Part shown: positions 50,501 through 62,877 of the stretch, piece by piece
Numbering within the stretch: the first letter of the stretch is position 1
Layout of the letters: every line of letters starts with the position of its first letter
Assembly (NCBI GenBank): GCA_964035545.1
Contig: OZ037765.1
Location: 15,872,995-15,936,994 of the forward strand
DNA from: Bugula neritina
Taxonomy: Eukaryota; Animalia; Bryozoa
Length of the DNA: 64,000 nt
Reading direction: 5' to 3'
Translations under genes and position numbers: made by a program
The notes under the pieces: model-generated
The model's input: only the letters and a program-made list of their open reading frames with translations
Database searches by the model: none
Told to the model about the DNA's origin: nothing

Positions 50501-53500
50501 AACGAATCAGCAATGCAGTAGCAAGAAGAACTCTCTAGTGGATGTGGAAGTGGGCATGTTTTCCATGTTATCCATTTTTTTTTCTTTTTCAAAACAGAGT
50601 AATCTGGATAGAATGTAATGGAAATACTGGCCATTGCATCAACTGCTACAATTGTCCGTTTGGTAAGCTGGAATACATCTGTGCTCTTTGCATGAGTTTT
50701 TTCTTCATCATTATCAAGAAAAGAATCGAAATATCCTGAAAAAATTGCTATGCAGTAGCCAAGTTCATTTAGTTTAAGAATTTTACATTGGTAATTTATT
50801 AGTGACAAGTTTATTAGGGGGAGTTATAAAATGTTGAGAAAATCGGCCAGCACAGCTTTGAGACAGCTTCAATATACCCTAACTGCGTTCTGCTTTGGTG
50901 ATGAATCCTAATGCTTATATTTTGCCAATTCAAACCTAATATTAAATCCAATTCATATATTAGTTTTCAAACTTTATTCCTGCAAACTTATTTCAACAGG
51001 ATGGCGATAACCAAAACCATAGAAATGATCTCAGCTAGGTAATAAAAATCAAAAGCGAGCATTAAATATCCAATAATTATTGTAATTAAATATGCAGAAT
51101 TGTTATCACTTCATAAAACTCCACCAGGACTTTTCACAGAAAACTAGTTTGCAGTATTAAAAACAATTACATTTTGCCATTATGTCTACAAAACTGGCTT
51201 TAAAAAGCATTTTCTATTGAATCTTTGGTTTCCTCAATTTAAGTACAACATTTCAGCCGTGGTCTAGGGGTTAGAGCGTTTGCCTAGTAAACACGAAGGT
51301 CATGGGTTCGAGCCCTGACAAAGGCCATTGGTGATGTTAGGAAGAGCATCCAGTCATAATTGCCCCTGTGCCTCATTTAAATAAGTCCTTAGCCCGCTTT
51401 AACAAAAACCCTTTCTATCAGGGGTTTCTCACAGGGATAGTGACTATAAACTTGCGTGAGTTTTTATTTCAGCTTTGAAAAGCAATAGAGCTCAATGGTA
51501 AAATGTAGAATGAGATTATTTAGCACTCAGATTTAGATCAAAGTTTGGTGTATGTTATCAGTTACCACAAAATTCTACTTTCAATCATGTTAGATCAATA
51601 CATGATCTATAACAATAAAAAGCAAAGAGGCCCTAGCAGTTCACATAATGCTTATATAAATAAAATATCCGGAAAATAACATGCACAGTAATACTGCATC
51701 ATTCAACTTCAGTTAGAAATTTAAAACATGGTCAAGTGACATATTGGTAACAAATTTGAGCCAATTTTATAATTAGAAAGCATAAACTTGGGGCATTTTT
51801 TCAAAATAATTAATAGCTTGCCTTACCAAACGTGTCAGGCACACTTGCTATACTTTCAGCAGAACCAAATAACCTGAAATCAATAAAAAGAAGTGTTCAA
51901 TGAAAGTCATGATGGCAATAAAATACGTGTTCATTAAAATAAAGAATCTAGGTTATATAGTTAACTCGTCTTTCATAGTTGCATACTCCCTATAAAATTT
52001 TTATAAAAAAGACTTACTCCGGATTTGAACAAATGGCCCATTTACAAATTATTTGGAGTTAATTAACCAGATGTGGCCTAAATTTGTAGAATCAGATTTT
52101 TATTTGAAAAATGACTATATATATAATAACAATTTCATAGAACTACATTATATAGAATGCGATGTTGGTTTTACACCTATGATTCAGCAAATTCCAAATA
52201 AAGCCATAATTAGAACAGAAAGTTGAGCTGTAAATAAGGCTAAAGCGAGCGATTTGCATTTCAACAAATTGTCAATACCTTTTATTATAAACTAGATATC
52301 TAATTCCAAATTTGTGTGTTAGTGGGGGGGGGGGGTGCAAACGTGCAAAAATGGGCGGTTGGAGCATATTTTTGCATGTTGGCACCTCCACTGTTCGCTC
52401 GAGTGCGTGCGTGTATCAAGGCAAGCTAAAAGTATCATAAATATTAACTATGCTCAAAAAGTTATATATAAGCGAACCAAATAAACAGTTGGTCTATGCA
52501 CATTGAAATATAGCATGCTCTAGTCAGTCTAGTCCATTGGACTATCATGCATCCTGTTACACATTTACAAACTTTAAACATCACACAAAAGATTGCTAAA
52601 TCATCATAACATATTAATACAGATTTATTAAATGAAAGTGGCAAAGTGTACTGCAGGATAACCCTTCCACACCTAAACGATTACCTTGAGTTGTCAGAAG
52701 TTTTTTGCCTTTTTCTTGGCACCTCAACCCAGTTGTTGGCATCAGTTTCCAATTTATAATGATTCATCACCAAACTTCTAGGTAATTTTCGACCTTTCAA
52801 TTTAGAAAGATCAAGTGAGGAACAAATACTTGTGTTTCTAGGCTGGTCCATCTTCAATTCAATGGTTGAGTCTTTTTGAATTTTCAAAGACTGCATTACA
52901 GTTGGCGATGCTTGACTTCCAGGATTCATTTGGTGCCCTGCACCAATGACTTTGCTTGAGGCCATGCTGGGAAGAACTAAAGAGCTAGGTAGAATGGATT
53001 TCTGAGCTATCATGTTCAGCGCATTTAAAGCACTCTGAGGACTCTTTAAGGTGCGTAAATTTTGAAAGTTAGAAATTGTGTTGCCAATTGGGTTTTCACT
53101 ACTGCCAAGAGAATCTTTTGCTTGAAGTAATCCTAACTGCGGAGTGTTATAATTTGATTTTATCTCATTAAAAGAGGTGAAACTTTTAGCAGTTACTTCT
53201 TCTTTTACTGACTGGTCAGAAAAACTGCCTGTAGTATAACTTTGATCTAATGCAGATTTGGCTTCAGAGATGGGTGGGATTAGAGCAGGTATAGAAGACT
53301 TATCTGCAGAATGGCTCTGATTTGAAAGGTTTACTAATGACTGAGGCAACATGGAAAAATTTATTTTTTGAACAGATCTTTTCAAGTTTTGAATTGTTAG
53401 ACCCTTTAAAGTAGTAGAAGTTGGATTTGGAGAAATTTTTGCTTCTGAAAAGGTGTCACGCTGAGAGCTGATATTCTCAGTTTCGTTGGCAACAGTATTG

Positions 53501-56500
53501 AGACCACAAACATTCAATCTCGGACTGTCAGGGTGAGATAAGGACTTTACATGTGACTGGTGTGTACTGTGACTGTACTCCAACATTTGCTTCGATGGAT
53601 CTAAATCAATTTGAAGCCTAGGTGAGTCTAGTAAGTCATTGACTGCGATGTTTACAGATGACAACGAAATTGGTTTTGGGGAAGAGGGTGGTGTCTCTAA
53701 CTCCATATCAGTTTGATTATGATCATCCAAATTAGGCAGTGCCTCATTTTTGCTAGCAAAAACCGTAGGACTTTCAACCAACACAGTAGTTTCAACTAGA
53801 GAAGATGAACAGCTACTGTCTGAGACTTCAGGAATTAAAACAGTTCGATTTCTTGATTTATCTTGACTGTTTTGAGTAAATGGATCTTTTGGTTTTTCAG
53901 TCACTGCACTGATTTTATCCAATAATAAATGTTGCGTCTGTTTAGCCTGTACTGGTGACAACTGGATATTATGCTTGCTTGGTGTACTGGTTAGATGAGC
54001 AGTTTGATCATTATTTGGACTCTTTCTTGAATCAGCATTCAAAATACTTTCTGAGCTTGTAGAACTAGGTGATTTTGATGGATATGCATTGGTTAGTGCA
54101 AAAGAATTTACCATTTCTGCCGAAGTGTACTGAGTGGGAGATTTGCAACAATCAACTTGTCTTACATTTTCTGAAATCTTGTCGATTGTTGCAGAATTTT
54201 GCAAGGAAAGAACTTTTTGCACTGACTCCAAAGGTGATGGAGGCCTCAACAATGCCTCTGGCATAGGAACTTTGTCTTCCATCTCTTCTTTTCTAATAGC
54301 AGTTTCTGAATTAGGTTCGTTTTTACGCACAAGGTTTTCTTTGAAAAGTGGTAATGATGGCAAGCAGAAAAATCCTTTGGAAGGATCAAAATATGGTTCC
54401 AGGTTAGTAGCTCTGTTAGAAGTTGCAGCAGTCTGTATCTCTGTAGCTAAACTACCAGATATGGTAGCTTGCGCACATTTCAAGGGACTTGCTTCTGCTT
54501 TCACATTTTCCTGCGTTGCATGCTTTTTCAAAATGTTTTCCTCATTTGATACTTCCCAGATATGCTTTGTATTCAGATCTAAATTAAATCGCACAGCTTT
54601 CTTGGCACCATGTGGGGTAGGCTCTACAACATTTAACTTACAAATGACGATGAAGAAAACAGAATATATTACAAATATTCTTTTAAATGCATGATATGAT
54701 TTTAAGTTGAGGAGAGCAGCAAGTGGTTAAAGCACTGGCTTAGTAAATACGTTGGACTGAGAAAGGAATTCAGTGATAATTTGCTACTTTGCCAAGATAG
54801 AAACAAATCCTTAGACTGCTTAAAAAATCTTAGCCTAGGGCCACACGGTGCGTATTTTCGCATGCGAAAATTGAAACCACAAGTAGCAAAGGCGTCCACT
54901 GTAGCGTCAGTGATGCGTGATAAATAAAGCTTTCATTTTTAAATCGCACTCGCTTTCAATAAAACGCAATTTACTGGAATTTAGCACTAAAATAAAGAAA
55001 TTGGGCTCGCTTAATAACTACCAGCCAATTAGGTAACGAGGACACTTGCGTTGAAAATGCAGAGCGACAAGTGCGAATGTTTTCTCAACGCGCACAGTGG
55101 ACACCTTTGCTACTTGTGATTTCAATTTTCGCATGCGAAAATACGCACCGTGTGGCCCTAGGCTTACTATCCCTTATTATTCATACGCACGCAGGCACAA
55201 ACAGATATATTCTGTAACTACATACTTTTCAATTCATCCGAGGATTTTGTAGAAGTAACAGATATTGATTTTCTTTTTCGCTTTTGAGGTTGCAACTTTT
55301 CATAACTTCTTACAGACGCAAAAATATCAATTTCTTCATACGTGCTTTTTGGATCCATCTGTGTGAGACAACTTTTCATAGAAGATCTGTCCTCGTGAGT
55401 CATAACTTTACGTTTCTTTTTAACTTTAGAGGAATCTTTATGGCCATAGACTTTGGTAGGATGTTTTACTAGTAAAACTATAATACAGATACTCAACATT
55501 TAACAATTGAACACCAAAATATGCATCTAAAAAGTAACTAGACAATTTCAATGGCATTAACAGCACCTTGCTCATCAGCAGCCTTTGTTTCTTTGACAAC
55601 ACTTGCTTGATATTCTGGACCTGTAGTTTCTGTGGCTTTAGATACATCTCTGGCTGGCAGAAGTGTCATCAAATGGTCTTTGTCAGCTAAGACAGCATCA
55701 GGGTTCCAAAGCTCATTGGTATTAATTTTTTTAAACATCATACTTTTTGGTGTAAGCTTTCCATCTGAAGCGTATGAAGTTAAGTCCATTAGTACGTTTT
55801 AATATCATGCCTCCAACCCAATAGCTAGTACATAATAGCTAAAATAACTCAGTTGTCTAGTTAACCTGCTTTTTTCCCTAGTATTTTTATTACTAGTGTT
55901 TTACACCAGCAGTTTTTACAGTGAAATTGGAACGGACCATACCAAACAGTGAAATAAAACTTTTTATATTGATTAACTATAAATACAGGCATGTTAAAAT
56001 ATTTGTCATTAATAGTTGAGTGTACTTTGAGCAGCCCCAAATTTATTTTTGAAAATAAAAACCCATAAAATTTATCTTTACATCAATTCCTTTTACTGAT
56101 TTTACAGTTGTAAAAGGCACTCCAGAAAACTACAAAAAAATGTTATTTAAATGTTCACTTTGTTTACCGACTGAAAATTACTATCAAGGTTCTAATAGAA
56201 TACCAGTGGATGCTCCGTGAACTACTACTAGCACTATGAGCCAATGTAAACGATAATTGCTAGTAAAGAAAAGTGACAAATTTGCATAGGTCAATCTAGT
56301 AAATCAGCATAATGCAAGTGCAGCTAGAGAATCAAAGTAGGCTCGATAAGCTGTAGTATATATCGATACTGATATTTAAACGTTTGCAAACATTAGATAT
56401 ACCAACATTACTTGCCTCTTTGATTATTATCACAGTTTTTTTTATCCAATAATAATTAAAATTTTAACACACGACATCAGGTTCATTCAGAATTTGGTTA

Positions 56501-59500
56501 ATGAAAAATTCTTCAATAATGAGATGGAGAATTTCTAGCTTGAAAAAACTCAAACACCCGAGAGTAGTCCACTCTTTGGTGTTAGGATATTGCCAATTTA
56601 GTGAAATTAAAATACCCGACTGAAAGTAATGTATATTTGACAGTTAAATATTTAATTTTTATGGCATTTATCTAATAATAATAGATTTTAAACTATCACA
56701 ATCAGCATTACTAAAACTGTTAGAGCCAACAAGAGCTTAGCCTCCCCTAAAATTGCATAATTGCCAAACCTCAAAACTCGAAACTTGCAGTGAACACACT
56801 ACACTTGACTAGCAAAAAAAACTGATACAGTAACATATAAAGCTTTGACCTAATAAATTAGCCAAACTTTGTCTACGAGTTCTGTTCAAATTTTCGGCTG
56901 GTTAAACAGTTATATCATAGCTGTCGCTATAGCAGCATAAAACTTCTTTAGAGAACTCCTTTTCTAAGACTAAACAAAATTTGTTTTGGCTTTACCAGAA
57001 TTAGAGCACTATCACTGAATTAGATTCAATAAATCATAAATCATAAATAAATAAGCCCAAACTTGAAACTCACCCCTTGTTTTCTTTAAAAAAATCATTG
57101 TAAAATTGCTATTCAGCAACCTCAACAAGTGGCTAATGATGAATTAAAAGCACTTTTACAATTATTCTCATTATCTAGATAATTATAATGATTGAATTTC
57201 ACAGAAATGCACAGTTAGTTTACGTGACTAAGAAATTAAAACGCTCACTAATCTCAATGCCTACCAAAACAACAGCTCAAAAACTACTTTTCTAATACTT
57301 ATAGAAACAAGAAAATGGTTAACAGTTTGTTCAGCAACCCAATTAAACTAATCTTATGTATACGGAAATTGCTTAATCTCTCAAAAAAATTAATTCCCTT
57401 TGATGCAATGCTAAGCAATTGCAAAATCTTTATCTTTTGAAATATAATCTTGCCAATGCACTGGTTCTGTCTTACTTTCACAAATAAGTTCATAAATAAT
57501 AACTTGCCTTGTAATTTAGCTACTCTGTGGAGTGGCTTTAGAAATGTGGAACAGTCAGGCAGAAGAGGATGGATACACTGGAAAGACTTTGTTTTGCCGG
57601 TTGTGTGCGATTCGTCACCTGGAATGTACATAAATATGTACTACGATAGCATTGAATATGTATACAGTATATTAGGACAGATCACAACATACTAAATACT
57701 CAACAAACATGTGGAAAGATAAAACATGAAAGAATTTTAGTAACTCACAAAAACTCTCTTCAATCACTGGACCTTGCTGCCCAAACATCATTTTGGCTGA
57801 CTTATCAGATATGTAATGTATGGTTTGCACCGTCACTGTAATTTAAAAAGTCATGTAATATATAGAAAAAAGTATGCGAACATTGTACATAGTTAATCTT
57901 TTTTGCAAGAAAATAATGCCTTTTAAAACCATTAAATGCAATACTAGATTTAAGTATTAAAAATGCAAGACTGGCGTAGCATAGTTCTAAAGGATGTAGT
58001 TGGAGTAACTTATAAAAGTAAAGAATCTTTAATACTGCATGAACTTTGTCAACTTTGATGGAAATGCTAAGTATTATATGCTGCTGAGTCACATAAAGGT
58101 TTCAGAATTCAAAATTGGACATGCAAGTTTCTGATAGTTGCTTGATGTTTGATTACCCTTTTCTTTAACTCATTTAAAAAAAGTACTGCTGAAGCAAAAA
58201 AAACCATTTTTCTTCTACAATTAGCCAAATTTTAAGAATCATTTGCTCCCAAAAAGCATAATAAAAAAGTTCAAATCAAACTTATTACTTGACAAAATCA
58301 CATAAGGATTGCAAGTGTGCCTTTGTAACAATGATAATAAATTATGAAACTGGTAAAAAGAATACTGCACCATGCCATGAACATGTGTCCACCAACTGCT
58401 ACAAATCAAAAACCAAAAGGTTCTTACTAACCAGGTGTTCTCCGATAAATCGGTACTTTTCTAGATTTTTTCTGCTTTAGACTGAATTCTTCACTTTCTG
58501 ATTCTTCAGATTCAATAATCTGTGTACTTCGGCGCCTAGGCACTTTAGTTTGCAGCTCACTTTCTGACTCAGTGAGAGAATCTGAACTAATGACAGCACG
58601 CTTTCTGTAACTGAGATTTGGTACAACCAAGGACTCACTGTCATCGGAATCAAGATCAAATTTCCCCAAGACCTCAGTACTCATTACTTTGCTAGTCGTT
58701 GAAGAGTTTGATTTTTGATTGACTGTATGTTCATTTATTTCTTCAGCTGTGGACAAGGTTTGAGATTCATTAGAAACAGGTTTAAATGAATTTGGTGCGA
58801 TGGCCCGTTGAAGAAAATTTTTTAAGTTCTTAAGCTTCAAATCGCTTACTGGTAACTTTGAGGTTGAGTCAGATGAGTTATTTTCCAAAGATGGCCGTAC
58901 ACTTTGACTGGAAGTAGCACACTGCTCAGGCTTGCTAGCCAAAGCCTTGTGTTGAGTGTAAAATACAGGAGGACCAGATTTTTGCAATTGATTTCTAGGT
59001 AAATCTTCTGGGTTGAGCTGATTTCCTTGCTCGGGCAGAATCGGTAAACCTGGCATATTGATGTGACTAGATGATGTGAGCTGTCTATCTTTTTTCAAAA
59101 CACTTGGAGCAAATATAGCAACCGATTCAGAATTGATAGGCAAGTTAGCAGCAGTTTTCCTGTTTGCAGAGTGCCCAGGTTTATGGATTGGCATACTGCA
59201 TTGCTTTGTTTTAATCTTTGGTGCTTGAGATTTCATACATTGTTGAAGTAATTGAATATTTGGACCAGTTACAGCTGTAACTTTATATCTGCAACAAGTA
59301 CATTTAAACTACATATATACAAATGCGTTTCAACTCACAAAAATAATCATTAATTTTTATGCAGTATGCAAGTACCATACAATTTGGAATGTTTCAGCAA
59401 AAACCCCAATGCACATGTAACTGATGTAACATGTTTAGCAATGAAATAAACTAGTGGAATTTGCAGCATGAAACTGCAAAGAGAGAAAATTTTATCAATC

Positions 59501-62485
59501 AAGCATGAATTCATACCTAAGACTTTTCCTGAATCTGATTCGCAAAAAAGCAAGAGGATAAATCTGTGCAGGAGTAATATTCCTTTGGGATTGCTTACAA
59601 TATGAATGGATGTACACAAGAGAGGACAACAGCCCAGAAGAGTGTAACTGTATCTTCTCGGAGACAAAGCTATCAAATTGAGGATCAGGTGGTCGTAAAT
59701 TATCTTCATTTATGGTTTCTAACAACATCCCTTGGCGCCCCTACATGGCACATATTCAGTAGATTACACAATAATAATATATTATAAAAAAATGAGGCTC
59801 GGAAAAAAACTGTAGATTTTAACTTACAGCCATGTAGCTAAAAACCAGCAGAACTTTTTCATAAGCCATCTTTTTGTAATCAGTAAGTTTGTCTGGGTGG
59901 AGAGATAACTGAACACCTGAATAATATTACCAAAAAAACAAAATAAAAGCAATGAAATATAATGATACTAAGACGATGACAGCACTGTTGCAAACACAAA
60001 ATACTATAACCCATGCAGTTTAAGTCTGATATTATTTATCAGTATTACTTTTAAGCAACTCAAATTCTACAACTATGAGTTGACAGAATTAAGGACCAGA
60101 GAGTTAAGCTAACTGAAAAGAAACCGTTGTTTTAGTTAACACAGATTACAGTAGGTAAAGGTAAAACATCAGATAGGTACAGGTAAAACACTATACCCAG
60201 GTTAGGATCAGCCAACACAGATTTCTCCATGTTTCCCAGTTGCAAACCATAAGAACAAATTTCTCCCAGTTGTTTGACAGAATAGTCGGTGACATCGAGG
60301 TATGCATGCTTATCCAGTAATTCTCTTTTTGAGTAACCTTCATTCTTCCAACGATCTTTAACTGCATCATACTAAAACAACAAAATATATAGTTGTTGTA
60401 TATATCTTGCTTATTGTCAAACAAATAGAGTATTACTGCGGTGAGAAAATGTGGCCTGCCAACTTCAACTCTTTTCACCTCTCAGTAATGTTAAGTATAA
60501 TTTTTACATTGAAGTCTACCTAAACAAAATAATAACAGCTAGAAATTAGCAAGATATTAGAAAATAATGTTTGCATTTCCAAAAATAATTTTCTGGAAGC
60601 TAATGGTGCATAGAGAGAATTGATTGAATTGAACCTATAACCTTTAACCAGAACTTAAGTAAATTTAGTCCAAGTTGGTTCAAACCAAAAACACAGATTA
60701 GCAAGCAAGTTTTAGCCTGTCCTTAAATAAATAAAAATATCAAGTTGCAAGTTTGAATACTCTTAAGTTGCCTTCATACCTTCACGATTTTCAGTCAGAA
60801 ATTCAATTTGACCGAGTTGAAATTTCTCCGAGATGCATTGCATTGTAAAAGCAGTGGGATTTATTCAGAGTGCCGGCTTTAGGAAATCTTAGGGAATCAT
60901 ATGGGCGCCATTATGCCGCAACTGGTACCGTGAGTTTGTATAAGTTACAAAGGGAAAATTTTGCCACTTTTTGTCATTTTATTTTATGTGTACATTTTTT
61001 TAGTTTTGTTCATTGGTAAAGATTTTAAACACATTTTTTATGCATATAAAATTTTAAAAAAATTTAAAACTTACTCATGCACGTAAATATAAAGCTATAA
61101 AGTTCAAGTTTCGCTGTAATTACAATGTGAACATGAATTGAATAATGCTTGCAATAACCATTTTACACAAAATGCATTCCAGTTGCTATAATTGTAAGAC
61201 TAGTAAATTGGATGCAAGTACACATAGTGGGGGTGCCAACATGCAAAAATGGGCTGGTGGAGCACATTGATACTAACCTTTGTTGCTATATATCACTGCG
61301 AAGCCAACATTCTACTGATTTCAAATATGCGAGTAAATTTTTTGTATCTGGGGGAGGGTTCTCGATTGAAAGGTGTGGATATACAGGGGTTGGCGAATTT
61401 TCAGGGGGGCATCATGAAATTTTAAATATGCAATTACATGAGTAATTTGAGTTTAATATTTAAAACTTTTTCCGGATATGTTGTACACTTATGAAAGTAT
61501 CTCTTGAAAAAATTGTGACTAAAAATTAATAGGTGGGCGGAGCCTATGGCATAATGTATTGCTTTTTTGGATGTACCTGATAATTTCTAAGCCACCACTT
61601 TTTTGTTGTAGCATTTAGAATGGTGATTTTTAGCATGTAGACACGCTTTAATGTCTTCATAAGACACACTAATTTCTAGTATATTCTGACTAAGAGAACT
61701 TTTTTACAGCTCTGAAAATCAAAAAATTCAAATCGGAGTTATGTTCCCCGTTTTAAAAAGTTGCCCCTTCACCCAATATTATTGCATTTTATTAACTGGT
61801 TTGACATTATTCTAATATAAACTGAAGTTTAACCTGTTTTTATTAGCTGATGGCTCTTTCTAGCACATTGTTAGAGGAAGTACTGCTTCAAACGCACAAA
61901 TGTGAAATGTTTCATCTCTCAAATAGCTATTAACATTTATTACTTGTTTGATAATGAACCGTGTGTACTCTGCTAGTCACACATATTGTTAAAAGGCAAC
62001 TTTAGAACCTGCAATTAACAGAACAAAATTATTTTAGAATAATAACAACTATTCAACAATGCAGGAGTAAGTAATCCGGAAAGGGGATATTTGTTTACCT
62101 TGCCGCTGTAGAAGTAAAATTTATATCAAGTGCTATAGAATTTTATCCATGCAGAAAACTGAAATATCCCTTGTACTTGTATGTGAAATATTAGCAGTAG
62201 CTATGCTCAAAATTTATTTAAAACATTCTTTGAAAAAAATTCATGTTGAACTGGAACAGCTTTTTTGTGATGAGACTTAGATCCAATCCAAATATTTTTA
62301 TTGGTGCAAGCTTTACAAAGAGCCATATTCTAATAAGGCTAATGAATTTTAAAAAACTTCTTAATGGTCAGCAAAATTTCTTGACTGGACTTTGTGACTG
62401 CCTTAGATTCTCGAAATAATGGAAGTTGAGTTTTGGCCGGGTTGGCTAAGTTTAAATAATTTGATCTGATTTTCTTTAATTTCCT
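38516..62485 (-). CDS. TASOR: Large multi-exon TASOR/TEX15-family protein (N-terminal DUF3715 pseudo-PARP domain, long low-complexity regions); 5' end unresolved
   Basis: Phase-consistent GT-AG chain 55567-55764, 55226-55468, 52685-54623, 51827-51873, 50480-50735, 45791-45975, 39254-41871, 38934-38989 and 38516-38660 (stop). Upstream exons are 62225-, 60197-60371, 59828-59916, 59517-59740 and ~58460-59288. The translated 5' exons resemble the TASOR DUF3715 domain. Linking exons at 56.4-58.4 kb are not resolved, and the symbol is family-level (TASOR vs TASOR2/TEX15 cannot be distinguished). Confidence 0.65.
39254..41871 (-). CDS. Large low-complexity coding exon of the TASOR-like gene
   Basis: 844-aa open frame with an AG acceptor at 41872-41873 and a GTAAGC donor at 39253; phases match the neighbouring exons. 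Confidence 0.85.
42648..43836. mobile_element. Non-autonomous PIF/Harbinger-like element (intronic)
   Basis: TIRs AGCTGCACGTACGCAGGCCGATTTTT and AAAAATCGGCCTGTTTACATGCAGCT, repeated GCCGATTTT subterminal motifs, and TGA/TTA flanks. Confidence 0.75.
46842..47611. mobile_element. MITE (Harbinger-like) with ~40-bp TIRs and GATCTCAG subterminal repeats
   Basis: AATCACCGGCTTTCCATGGAT at the left end and ATCCATGGAAAGCCGGTGATT at the right end. Confidence 0.85.
47980..48960. repeat. Cryptic tri/hexanucleotide low-complexity tract
   Basis: ACAGTA, ACTAAG and TAGTAT-type degenerate period-3 repeats, similar to 24750-26600. Confidence 0.6.
49288..50376. mobile_element. Long-TIR MITE (Tc1/mariner-like ends)
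   Basis: ~390-bp inverted arms at 49331-49720 and 49990-50376; same family as 61225-61912 and 52320-52393. Confidence 0.85.
51254..51466 (+). mobile_element. Intact tRNA-derived SINE
   Basis: A box TGGTCTAGGGG and B box GGTTCGAGCCC, followed by a non-tRNA body shared with two other copies in the window. Confidence 0.85.
52320..52393. mobile_element. ~74-bp internally deleted derivative of the long-TIR MITE
   Basis: AGTGG..GGTGCAAACGTGCAAAAAT and ATTTTTGCATGTTGGCACCTCCACTG: both termini with no interior. Confidence 0.7.
52685..54623 (-). CDS. Large Ser/Pro/Gln-rich coding exon of the TASOR-like gene
   Basis: 637-aa open frame with a TTGTAG acceptor and GTAATC donor, phase-compatible with the flanking exons. 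Confidence 0.85.
54833..55163. mobile_element. PIF/Harbinger MITE
   Basis: ~70-bp near-perfect TIRs (GCCTAGGGCCACACGGTGCG...) and an exact TTA TSD on both sides. Confidence 0.92.
58460..59288 (-). CDS. Coding exon of the TASOR-like gene (low complexity)
   Basis: 269-aa open frame preceded by a TTGCAG acceptor; donor position uncertain. Confidence 0.7.
59517..60371 (-). CDS. DUF3715 (pseudo-PARP) exons
   Basis: Spliced translation: YDAVKDRWKNEGYSKRELLDKHAYLDV...GEICSYGLQLGNMEKSVLADPNLGVQLSLHPD...LVFSYMAGRQ...PPDPQFDSFVS...VYIHSY...PAQIYPLA. Confidence 0.75.
60852..61215 (+). mobile_element. Dispersed DNA-transposon-like repeat end
   Basis: Matches 32930-33345 and the inverted copy at 63005-63368. 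Confidence 0.75.
61225..61912 (+). mobile_element. Partial long-TIR MITE copy (left arm plus interior)
   Basis: Alignable to 49288-49980; starts TAGTGGGGGTGCCAACATGCAAAAAT. Confidence 0.8.
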
Positions 62486-62877
62486 GTAAAAATAGACACC
62501 AATGATTTCTCTCTAATTTTAATTAGCTATATTTTAAAGTCAACTTTAACAAATCTAAATTGTTGAGGTGTCTTCTGTTGTCTTCTTTCCATCAACTGCA
62601 TCTTCTAAAAACGCAGCATTGTCTTTTACGGTTCACATAAAGGTGTGTGATATCTGGACAATACTTGCTAGAGTAATAGCTTGAAATCAATTGCTAACTT
62701 AGTTCATTGATAGCTGCCTTAGGAGTTCCAAATATGAATAAATGTGGTCTAAATTCTTAATTACTAAACTATATGATTGTTTCTCGTTGGGTGATTTACT
62801 GTTGTTGCTAATAAAACCTGCTTATGGGTGATTTTTGTCATTCTAGTAATGGTCATCAAAAAATAACTTGGGATTAA

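Noticed and set aside
51254-51330. tRNA gene
   Set aside because: It has A and B boxes but no proper acceptor stem, and it runs into a body repeated elsewhere, so it is a SINE head.
54134-54694. Plus-strand ORFs overlapping large exons (also 40146-40508 and 40962-41210)
   Set aside because: They are antisense shadows of minus-strand coding exons.
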